A stretch of DNA of 64,000 nt from Schmidtea polychroa (Eukaryota), in the NCBI GenBank assembly GCA_044892525.1, contig CM097887.1, positions 16,802,001 through 16,866,000 on the forward strand. The letters are read 5' to 3'. The translations under genes and the position numbers were made by a program. Below the pieces are notes generated by a model. It had not been told where the DNA came from. It did no database searches and saw nothing but the letters and a program-made list of their open reading frames with translations. This document shows, piece after piece, positions 53,946-64,000 of the stretch; the stretch's first letter is position 1; the number at the start of each line of letters is the position of its first letter.

Positions 53946-54419
53946 ATTGTGACTTTTACCGCCGTTAAATCAAATTAATTTTTAATAAAAAAAATACTGC
54001 CGTTAAATAAAAAAACAACAAATTTATAACAAAATATATTTCAACACCATCATTGGCTATCGATATGTTCCTTGTATTTAGCAAGCGTACAATGCCCTCC
54101 ACAATTAGTACATAGACGAGTATTTGAGAATGCATTTCTCCACAGTTGATATTTGATTAACAATTGCAAAAAAAAGAGAATTCTTCATTTAAAATGTCCT
54201 CCTTGGAAAGTACTTCTTCTTCAATAACAATAAATTTAACACCAGGTGGTCTACTGCGTCCTGTCATGACTAAAACTTCAATGAATTTGACTTCAATTAA
54301 ATTAATATATTTCTAATTAATATATTTTTATAATATATTTATAATATATTCTCATATATTTATTGTATTATAGTCATGAAAAAGTTAATCATAGATTTTA
54401 CGGCGGTAAAAATCACAAT
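53946..54419. mobile_element. MITE-like element with ~27-bp inverted repeats
   Basis: ATTGTGACTTTTACCGCCGTTAAATC / GATTTTACGGCGGTAAAAATCACAAT. Confidence 0.6.
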
Positions 54420-54969
54420 GACAATAATTGCTCTCAAAATTCAAATTTGTTTATATCAATAACCATTTTTTGCTTTTCATACTTTTTATTATATTGTTCT
54501 CCAATATCTTTTCTACCCTGAACCGTTTCAGACGTTCGAATTAAAATAATTAATCATTTATTAATTTTCTGTACGTTTACATTTCGATGCCCTTTACATC
54601 GATTATGCACTTCCTATTTCGGTTTCCATTATATTTTTCCTTGTTATCAATTCTATTCCTGACCATGTTTACACATTTCCATTTCATCTTTTTTCAAATT
54701 AAATTAAATTTTAAAATTATTTTATTTTTACCAAAAGTCGATTTTAACGATTTTCTTCAAAAAAAAATCTGAATAAAAAAACAATGATTTTTTTACCAGT
54801 TTTTTTAAATTTATTTTTTTTTAAATTTAGATAATCAGAAAATTGTGCTAAATTCAGCAAATATTATACTGAGAAAAACTTTTGATTAAAATTGGAAATT
54901 TTGCAAAATTCTATTTTATTAAAGAATACGAAAATTTTACATTTTATTAAATTTTATATTAAAATAAAT

Positions 54970-55115
54970 AAAATCACTTGAAACAGGCAGTGCCGAAAAT
55001 TCGTGAATATCAAAAAAAAAAGATATATTACTGATTTATAGGCTTCAAGCTCTTTTTAATAAATTCAATGGAAAAAAATCAATGGTGAAATTGGAAAAAA
55101 AAGTTCTTATAATTT
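54970..55115 (+). repeat. Dispersed repeat family A copy
   Basis: GGCAGTGCCGAAAATTCGTGAATATC... Confidence 0.75.
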
Positions 55116-55639
55116 TAAATCTGTTTTTTTATAAATATCCCGATGGTTATATTTATACTTAGGGACCCTAAAAATAACGCGCTGATATATGCATTGAATG
55201 ATGCATTTGAATGCATTGAATGATGAAGAATTAATGCATTTTTTGCAATAAACTTTGAAACGCTGTAACTTTATTAATAAAAATAAGAACCGTTAAATTT
55301 GAGACACTTTTGACATGTTTTGGTTTTTTGTCATATTTCTATTTCTGACATTTCAAATAGTCAATTACAATCAAGTTAAAAGTAGTAGTCATACGCCAAA
55401 GCGAGTGAATCATAACTATGTGCTTCCTATGTGTTATTAGTAATAACTTATTACTATTATATAAAACACGCTCACGGTAAATATACGCCATTAATATACT
55501 ACGTCATTAAAATTGTTTCCTCTCATCAGTGTTGTAAATTCACATTGTAAAATAATCAATTTCAGCGTCATCTTTTTGCATATAAAGGATAGTAGAGATA
55601 CGTTCCGACACCTTTTTATCCAGAAAAAAACCACTATAT

Positions 55640-56857
55640 ATCAGATTAAATTGAAATTCAGACTAAATCAATCTGAATTACTCTTTTTTTAACAAACTAA
55701 TTCATTAATATATTTTAAATTAAAGTTCGCTAAAAAATCATAAAATACTGTTTTCTCAATTCAAATTTTCAAAACTTATAAATTTTGCACAAAATTGTAT
55801 TTACTAATATATCAATCAATTCCTTCAGTCGATAGTGATCAAGAACGTGAGAACGGAGAGGATGGGCAGCCATTCCAATGTATGTGGCATTGCACTCATG
55901 ACATAAATATTCACTAACAAATTCACCAAGAAATCCACTAACAAACACGAAATTTAAAAAACAGGAATTAGAAACCACCTTACAACATAGAATACACAAC
56001 TTCCTGTTCAAAATATTTACTCAAACTGTATAACACTCCAAACACAAAAATGTAAACCTAAACATAAAATTGTGTTTGCTGATATAAATCAATTCGCTCA
56101 GTCGACAGTTTTGAAGACATTGAGAACGGAGATGACGGGCAGCCATTCCAATGTATGTGGCATTGCACTCATGACATAAATATTCACTAACAAATTCACC
56201 AAGAAATCCACTAACAAACACGAAATTTAAAAAACAGGAATTAGAAACCACCTTACAACATAGAATACACAACTTCCTGTTCAAAATATTTACTCAAACT
56301 GTATAACACTCCAAACACAACAATGTAAACCTAAACATAAAATTGTGTTTGCTGATATAAATCAATTCGCTCAGTCGACAGTTTTGAAGACATTGAGAAC
56401 GGAGATGACGGGCAGCCATTCCAATGTATGTGGCATTGCACTCATGACATAAATATTCACTAACAAATTCACCAAGAAATCCACTAACAAACACGAAATT
56501 TAAAAAACAGGAATTAGAAACCACCTTACAACATAGAATACACAACTTCCTGTTCAAAATATTTACTCAAACTGTATAACACTCCAAACACAACAATGTA
56601 AACCTAAACATAAAATTGTGTTTGCTGATATAAATCAATTCGCTCAGTCGACAGTTTTGAAGACATTGAGAACGGAGATGACGGGCAGTCATTCCAATGT
56701 ATGTAGCATTGCACCCATGACATATATATTCATATATATTCAATCGAAGCAAGAACCGAAATGGACCAATTTCACAATTTACATCATACATAGCCAATAT
56801 CATTATAATCAATATAATTAAATAAATTGAATAAATTCTTATTATATAAACAAACAT
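55640..56857 (-). repeat. Tandem array (~3.5 x 273 bp) derived from a Penelope-like GIY-YIG 3' region
   Basis: Period 273 (ORF track 56021/56294/56567); units translate (N)IYEYICHGCNATYIGMTARHLRS. Confidence 0.9.
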
Positions 56858-56867
56858 CTTTAAAATA

Positions 56868-56948
56868 CAGGAATACCTCGAACAGTACGGTTAATCGGTT
56901 CTGGAATTTAGCTGTACTATTTGAAACCGGACTATTCGAGGCATTCTG
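56868..56948. mobile_element. pogo/Tc1-type terminal fragment with internal inverted repeat
   Basis: TA|CAGGAATACCTCGAACAGTACGGTT ... AACCGGACTATTCGAGGCATTCTG. Confidence 0.5.
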
Positions 56949-56975
56949 GCGCTAATAAATTTACAGCTTAGTACC

Positions 56976-57249
56976 AGTAGTGTGTTTATATCCCTAACCA
57001 AAACAGCCCTCCCAACAAAACATACCTCCATTACGCTTAAACCATTAGAAAAACAACCTAAAACTTATACTTTTATAGTATTTTAACCCTATATTTTGAA
57101 AACAACCACCCTTAATGGCTCTAACTGTTTTAATCTTTAAAGCCTCAAACTCAAAAGCTTCAAACTAAAAACATAAAGAGAATAGAAAAGAAAATGGTAT
57201 TATGAAAAAGTTAGAGGGCTATTTTGGTTAGGGATATAAACACACTACT
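56976..57249. mobile_element. MITE with ~36-bp TIRs
   Basis: AGTAGTGTGTTTATATCCCTAACCAAAACAGCCCTC / GAGGGCTATTTTGGTTAGGGATATAAACACACTACT (one mismatch). Confidence 0.85.
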
Positions 57250-57355
57250 TGAGGATGTCAACTAGCAAGTTGCTATTTGACTAATTTATAATTTTATAAA
57301 TCTTAATCTTGATGTCTTGAAGAATAAAAAATTTTATGAAATAGTAAAACTGCTC

Positions 57356-57416
57356 TGAGAGGACAGTGGTATTTTTTTTTTTCACTGTCCTCTCAACAGT
57401 TTTTTTGATCCGGATC
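57356..57416 (+). other. 13-bp perfect hairpin followed by a T-run and a palindrome
   Basis: TGAGAGGACAGTG (57356-57368) / CACTGTCCTCTCA (57383-57395), then T7 and GATCCGGATC. Confidence 0.6.
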
Positions 57417-57867
57417 ATTTTTTTATTCAACCTCTTTCGTTTATCGAATCTCTTCCAATATACAAGCTGGCCAGACTCATACATCAGAATCAATTCGATA
57501 ATAGCAGCACACCTTATTATTCGCTTCTCGCTCGAATACGATTTCATCGGCATTTTAAGCGTGCTGCTCGAAAGTACAAATGAATTCGAAAGTGAATCCG
57601 AAAGAGGTCCGAAAACAACTGAGAAATAAATGTGCACATTATAGAATCGATCCGGGGTGTTTTCGAAAGACTGGTGGCGATAATTACCGGTTCACCATCA
57701 CACCCGTTTCAATAATTTTTTTTCATATTTATGTTTAAAAAATAAAATAAATAAAAAAAAATAAAAATATATAAAATAAAATAAAAATAAATAAAATAAA
57801 ATATAAATCTAAGATACCCACACCATTTTCAATATTATTTTCAAATTTTTAATATTATTTTATGTTG

Positions 57868-57949
57868 AAAAAAAACTAACCTCAGATATGATTTGAACCG
57901 CTATCTATTTGAACCACTGTGCCAGTCTAGCCCACTGCGCTATCTAGGT
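57868..57949 (-). ncRNA. tRNA-like Pol III cassette (A box, B box, terminal stem, T8 terminator)
   Basis: ACCTAGA-TAGCGCAGTGG...GGTTCAAATC...TCTGAGGT-TAG-TTTTTTTT; does not fold into a canonical cloverleaf. Confidence 0.5.
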
Positions 57950-58029
57950 TTCAGATTTTTATTTATAAAATTCTAAAAATTAGACTGTCACATTATGAAA
58001 ATGAATAATATATAAATTTAAAAAATAAA

Positions 58030-61000
58030 ATGAAAACAGGGTATCCAATAAAAAATTTTTTTCTAAAAATGAATTGTAATATTTGTAATAAAGTTTTTAA
58101 AAATAAAACTGGATTAATTTCTCATTTAAAATCGAAAGCTCATTTATTAAAAGAAAATAATCTTAATGATACAAATTCAAAACTTTGTCCTAAATGTAAA
58201 GGAAGATTTCTACATTCTGGATATGATAAACATTTTGAAAATTGTATTGGGAAAAATAGAGAAATATTTACATGTCCTCATTGTAACTTTTCAACAAAAC
58301 TAAATTTCTATTATTTAGAACATATAAAAGAATGTAAAAATAAAAAACAAAATTCTGACGATGAGGAATGTCATTCAGAAGGAGAACCTGATCATGTTGA
58401 AAGAGAAAAATATAACTGGGATAATTTTAATCATATAGATGAATTTCAATTAAAAATTAATGGACCTGCAACTCCTGGAGAATATATAAATAAAAATAAA
58501 AAAAATATTAAAAATTCTTTCACTGAAGCTTTAAAAAATTATAAACCGACAAGGTATAATGTTATAAAATATAAAATTATAATCAAAGCAAAATACTGGC
58601 GAGGAGCAGAAGAAAAGACAACTCCTTTAGATGTTGAAATTGGAATACCTTTTAAATATTTATTTTCAACTAAAGGATTTGATAAAACCATCAAAGAAAT
58701 AATTAAAGCAGCAGAAGCAAAACAAGAGGAAGTAGAAAATGAATTAGGAGATTCAAACTTAGTATTCAACTCTTTCCAAACTTTAGTGATTGATTATTGG
58801 AGAGGATTACCACCTAATCCTAAATCTTATATTCCTACACCCTTTACATCTAAAAATGTTATAAACGTACAGAATAATGATAACAAATGTTTCATCTGGT
58901 CAATACTTGCACATTTGCACCCTCAAGAATCAAACCCTCAAAGAGTTTCAAAATACAAACAATATGAAAATGAATTAATATTTCCCAAAGAATTCAAACA
59001 TCCAATGAAACTAGAAGACATTCCAAAATTTGAAAGTTTAAATAATCTTAAAATTAATATTTATGAACGGGTTAAAGGGAAAAATATTAAAAGTAGAGAA
59101 ATTATTCCAATTTACATTTCTGATAGTGGAACCAAGGATAACGAAGTACAAGATAACGAAAACCCTAGAGAAATATATCTTTTAATCTTGGAACAAAAAA
59201 ATAATCAACATTATGTTTTAATAAAAAACTTTCAAGCTTTTACATCACCAGAGAATCCAACTAGTGGAGGAGGAACATGTAAAAGATGTCTTCATTATTC
59301 AACAACTAAAAACTCTATGATTAAACATACAAGATTTTGTGAAAAAGATGAACCAGCTTTAATTACCATGCCTACAGATCCCAAGATGAATTTTAAAAAC
59401 TTTTCAAATTTACTACAAACAGTAGGAGTGGTTTATGGAGACTTTGAATCTATAAATCGTAAACAAGATTTGGTTAACCAATATTTAAAAATAATAGAAA
59501 AAAATAAACTCATGGATTCATGGAACTCCTCAGGAGAGAAGATGAAACCAGAGAGGATGAAAGCCTTTCTAAGAAAAAGAAATAAACCTAATAGTGTTAA
59601 AAAAACTAAACAATTACCTTCTGCTTATAAAATATTATTTAAAAGTAATTATCCTGAACTCATAGAATCTAGAGAATATACATTTCAAGGAACTTTAGAA
59701 GATGTTTTAAATCATTTTACTAAAAGTATAAATGATCTAGAACATGAAATATTTAAAGTATTAAAAACAAAATATGAAATAAACCTTTCAACCGAACAAT
59801 GGGAAGAATATGAAAATTCTTCAAATTGTTGGATGTGTAAACAACCATTTGAGGATCAACTCCTTGAGGAACCTCCAAATAATGAAACTATTGAAGAAGA
59901 AGAACAAAGAATGTTTCATGAAAGACAATCTTCAAACATAAAAGTCCCCGATCATGATCATTTAAAAAAGGAAAATAATTATCGAGGAGCAGCTCATAAA
60001 AATTGCAATCTTAATTGTCATACTCCTAAATTTGTACCTGTTATATTTCATAATCTTTTTGGTTATGACATACATCTATTTATTAAAAATTTAGCAGAAA
60101 ATGCTAAAAACTCCTTCAAAGTTATAGGACTTACAAAGGAAAAATATAAATCAGTTGAATATGGAAAATTAAAATTTATAGACTCGTTAAACTTTCTCCA
60201 AATGTCTCTAGATGCAGTAGCAAAAACAATGAAACCAGAAAATTTTAAAATCACTCGAGAATTCTTGGAAAAAAATAATATTCCTCCAGAAGAATATCCT
60301 ACATGCTTAGCAAAAGGAATATATCCTTATGACTATGTTGACTCGTTTGAAAAATATAATGAAACAAGTCTTCCTAGCCAAGAAGATTTCTCTTCACAAC
60401 TTCAAAAATATCATATTACAGATCAAGAATATTCTCGAGCAAATAAAATGTGGGAATTATTCAATTATTTTAGGAGAATATACAAGTATGTATTTATCCT
60501 TGGATGTTTATATTCTAGCAGATTGCTTTGAAGAATTTACAAAATCTTTAAAAAATCTTAAACCTTACAATTATATAACACCACCCTCTTTAGCTTGGGA
60601 TACTTTATTATATACCATTTGGACTTCAAATATAGAAGAAGGTGATAAAATTATAGATCTTTTAACTAACCTCGATATGTTTAACCAAATTAAAACAAAC
60701 ATTAGAGGAGGAGTCTCTTCAGTAATGGGGAATAGAGAAATAAAAGCTAGAAATGCAATAACTACTAGCCGAAGACTCTCTAAACACCCTGATGATCCAT
60801 ATATGAAAATTAACAATGAGGAATTAAAAGAATTATTAGAAACAATGAAAAATCCTATATTTATACTTTATATAGATGCAACAGCTTTATATTCAGGAAT
60901 TATGACTCAATATTTACCAATGGGTGACTTTCATGAAATATACTCTGAAGATTCCTCAGAAGAATCCTTAAAAGACCTTATGAAAGAAATACTTTCAACT

Positions 61001-62468
61001 CCTAAAGATTCTCCAATAGGTTACTTTGTAGAATGTGACTTATTATATCCAGATGATATAAAATCAGGAACAAGCTCCTGTAAGAAGAAAGATTGATATC
61101 AACGAACTTTCTGAATGGCAAATCTCACAAGATAAACCTCCAACAATGAAACTTCTTTGTGATCAAAAAGATCGAAGGTTTTATCTTTGTCACTATAGAC
61201 TTTTACAGTTTTATCTTTCACGAGGTATGATATTAAAAAAAGTTCATAGTGTCATAAGATTTAAACAGAGACCATTCATGAAGGCTTTTATCGAGGAGAA
61301 CATTAGGTGTCGAAACATTGCAAAAAGAGAAGGTAACCTTTTTAAAGACAATAATTATAAACTTTTAAATAATTCAGTTTTTGGGAAGACAATGGAGAAT
61401 GTTGATAAATATACTCATATTGAACTCCTAACAAATACTACCAAAGACATTAAGCGTTATAATCGCATGCTAGGAAAGCCTACATTTAAAAACGCACAAG
61501 TATTTTCTGAAAATCTTACTGCAATAGAACTAAAGAATTTTGAGAAAACATACAATAAACCAATATTTATAGGGTTTACAATTTTAGAACTTTCAAAATT
61601 ACAAATGTATGAAACATATTATAACATCTTACAACCTATATATGGTTCTAATATATCAATGCATGCAATGGATACAGATTCAATGTTTTTAACAATAAGA
61701 ACTCATGATTTACAAAGAGATATGACTGAAAATCCTATACTTTCAAATTTAATAAATTCATCCGGAGAACTATTTTCATTTAAAGATGAAAAACCTTTTA
61801 CTCCTATAGAAAATGGAATATTTATTCGTGCTAAACAATATTCATACGAAACAATTACAAATCCTAAATTTGAAACTCGAGAAATTATATTTAAAACCCC
61901 ATTAAAAGAGGAAATTATTTCATATAAATATCCTATATTCCCTAAAGGACCTGAGGGACAAGAGGAAAAACCTGTAAAGGATAACAGATGTAAAGGAATA
62001 CTGAGATCAGTTGCAAAGAATCTTTCTCATCAAGATTATATAGATACATTAAACCCAGGTCATAAAGATAAAATTGATGAAATACATCAACTTAAAAGTG
62101 AAAACCATGATATTTACTTGATAGAATCCCAAAAAGTATCATTATCAAATTATGATGATAAAAGATTCATACTAAGTGATTTAAAGACAACTCTTCCTAT
62201 AGGAAATAATTTAATACCGATAATAAAAAATCTTGCTAGTTTGAATAAGTTATATGATACAAAGATTACTGATCTTGATATTTATAATGTTGAAATTATT
62301 TATCCCGAGAGAGAAATCGAGAAACCTTTATATTCTCAAGTTTTTAATCCTATATGTTTAGAACTTAAATATTTTAATACTGATCCTGAATATATAAAAG
62401 GTCTAAGTGATAAAGAATTTAAAGATCATAAATTAATGATTCATAGGTTGGCTTTCAACCATAACTGA
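58030..62468 (+). pseudogene. polB: Protein-primed family B DNA polymerase, split by two frameshifts (ORFs 58030-60531, 60329-61096, 61146-62468)
   Basis: N-terminal C2H2-like fingers; ExoI VYGDFES, endonuclease-VII-like PDHDHL...YRGAAHKNCN, ExoII FHNLFGYD, ExoIII YLSLDV, PolA YIDATALY, PolB KLLNNSVFGKT, PolC MDTDS, RAKQY, CKGI, LSNYDDKR. Confidence 0.92.
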
Positions 62469-62562
62469 AACCAACGATATTTAATTTTTTAATAATTAAA
62501 TGTCGACAATTAATTTAAGCAACTATAGCAACTTGATCTACTTTTTTAAAAATTCATCCATT

Positions 62563-63156
62563 TTATAAGTAAGAATTCTTTAACCATTTTTCTCGTTTAA
62601 TTTTTTTAGAATATTCATTACTTATAACATTAGCACTTTTTAATCTTATAACCTCATTTTTAATATCTTGTATTATTTGATTTGATTTCATTATTTCATC
62701 ATCAGTTAAGATTCCATCTTCTAAAGCTTTTAATTGAAATAAAAATAATTTAGAGATTCCTAATTCTATTGATAAACAAACTTCACGATATAAACTTTTC
62801 TTTTTAGAAGTATAAGATAATGAAACTATTTCAGTTAAGAAACCATCAGCTACAGAAATACTTCCAAGTATTACATGTGCAAGAGTAACAACTGGTAAAG
62901 TTATGGGTAAAATAACTGTTAATATTGCAGATGCAAATCCTAAAGAATAACCTATAACTTTTAAAACTGTATTCCCTTTATTCCATCTATTTTTAATTTT
63001 TTTATAATGCTTTAATAAATCTTGTAAATGTAAGGTTTCTGATTTAAATTCTTTTACTCTCATAATGTCAAGTTCTGTGGGAGCTGAGGCCTTGGAAGAA
63101 TAATATCCTGATGATCTCAATTCTGGGTAAATTTTTTCTTCTCTTACTTCTTCCAT
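62563..63156 (-). CDS. Small Polinton/adintovirus-type membrane protein (GasderminX-like family by pattern)
   Basis: KIYPEL N-terminus, basic KHYKKIKNRW, two hydrophobic helices, LKALEDGILTDDEI; intact 197 aa. Confidence 0.65.
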   Translation of the reverse strand: MEEVREEKIYPELRSSGYYSSKASAPTELDIMRVKEFKSETLHLQDLLKHYKKIKNRWNKGNTVLKVIGYSLGFASAILTVILPITLPVVTLAHVILGSISVADGFLTEIVSLSYTSKKKSLYREVCLSIELGISKLFLFQLKALEDGILTDDEIMKSNQIIQDIKNEVIRLKSANVISNEYSKKIKREKWLKNSYL

Positions 63157-63164
63157 TTTAATAA

Positions 63165-64000
63165 TTAAAAAAATAAGACTTTATTCTTCTGAGCACCATC
63201 TGGTACCAATACTCGGATATCAAAAGAAACTCTTGTTGAGAGGATATCTTTATACAATTCTCTCAATGCTTTACGAACTTCATCAACATCAACCTTTTTT
63301 TCATAAAATATTAAATCTATATATTGTACAAGTGTGCTTTTAAAAATAATATTCTTACTTTTAACTTTATGTAGTCCATGTGAATGAGTATTAACATACC
63401 AATCTCCGTGTGGTAAATCATAACTAGTCATTATAACATCACCCTTTTCAAGCTTACTATTATAATCACATTTCACAAACCATTTCATTCTTTCATTATC
63501 ATCATCAAACAAAAAGAAATAAGGATCAATAATTTTTACAACCATAAAAACACCCCATTCTTTACTGTTTGTTGTTATTAAACTTGGTTCTATAAAATGT
63601 TTATATGTATGGGGTAATAATGTTTTATTTTGTTCTAATTCAGCAGCTCTTTTTCTAATACTATGTGTGGTGTTAATGTGTGTTCCATGAGACTCTAAAT
63701 TTGAAATTCTTTTATTAAATGATGTAATCATCTCATTTATTATATTATATATTGTATTAAATTTAGTATTCATAATTTGTTTATCTTTAGAATTTAATAT
63801 GCTAGTATTTAACTTTACAACTTGTTCAGTTAACAGACTTTGTAACTTGTCAAATTTATCATTAAATCGTTGTTCGATATTATTAAGCTTTGATTCTATT
63901 GAATCAATTTTTGTTGTTAATAAACTTTCAATTCTTGTTGTTGTTAAATCAGTATATTTTTTATTAACTGCATCAGAATCATCAGTTGGACAAGATAAAT
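63165..64000 (-). CDS. Fibre/adhesin-like coiled-coil protein, 5' end beyond the window
   Basis: The frame is open for 75 more codons upstream of the tracked ATG at 63773: LSCPTDDSDAVNKKYTD, then heptads (KIDSIESKLNNIEQRFNDKFDKLQSLL), then an unrecognised ~150-aa domain. Confidence 0.65.
   Translation of the reverse strand, partial: LSCPTDDSDAVNKKYTDLTTTRIESLLTTKIDSIESKLNNIEQRFNDKFDKLQSLLTEQVVKLNTSILNSKDKQIMNTKFNTIYNIINEMITSFNKRISNLESHGTHINTTHSIRKRAAELEQNKTLLPHTYKHFIEPSLITTNSKEWGVFMVVKIIDPYFFLFDDDNERMKWFVKCDYNSKLEKGDVIMTSYDLPHGDWYVNTHSHGLHKVKSKNIIFKSTLVQYIDLIFYEKKVDVDEVRKALRELYKDILSTRVSFDIRVLVPDGAQKNKVLFF

Larger units (their letters stand above)
58030..64000. mobile_element. Polinton/Maverick (adintovirus-like) element, partial; continues beyond the window
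   Basis: Intronless, densely packed ORFs unlike the host genes: pPolB plus two convergent accessory ORFs. No integrase, capsid, ATPase or TIR inside the window. Confidence 0.88.

Noticed and set aside
55790-56740. CRISPR-like or retrozyme interpretation of the tandem array
   Set aside because: No unique spacers, no cas genes, eukaryotic context; no CUGANGA/GAAA core inside the 273-bp unit. The repeated 87-aa ORFs start at TTG and are transposon relics.

Overview
Very AT-rich metazoan genomic DNA (invertebrate; planarian-like is only a guess) with six N gaps. Intron sizes are bimodal: about 44-53 nt, or several kb filled with transposon relics. Host genes: a multi-exon eIF4G on the minus strand (about 0.74-23.6 kb; 4E-binding YxxxxLphi motif, MIF4G, MA3, start of W2) and, divergently oriented, the first two exons of a tau-tubulin kinase (TTBK, 36.97-37.32 kb, +). 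There may also be an unresolved minus-strand gene at about 41-54 kb. The rest is a dense mobilome: hAT, mariner, pogo/Tigger, piggyBac-type and Harbinger-type MITEs, Helitrons, a Gypsy gag, an RLE-type non-LTR relic and several Penelope-like elements (PLEs) with hammerhead-like motifs. The right end (58.0-64 kb) is an integrated Polinton/Maverick (adintovirus-like) segment: a twice-frameshifted protein-primed DNA polymerase B, a convergent small membrane-protein gene and a fibre-like coiled-coil ORF running off the window. Just upstream lie a tRNA-like Pol III cassette, a strong hairpin, a MITE with AGTAGT ends and a 273-bp tandem array derived from a PLE GIY-YIG region. All family assignments come from reading motifs by eye; no database searches were run.
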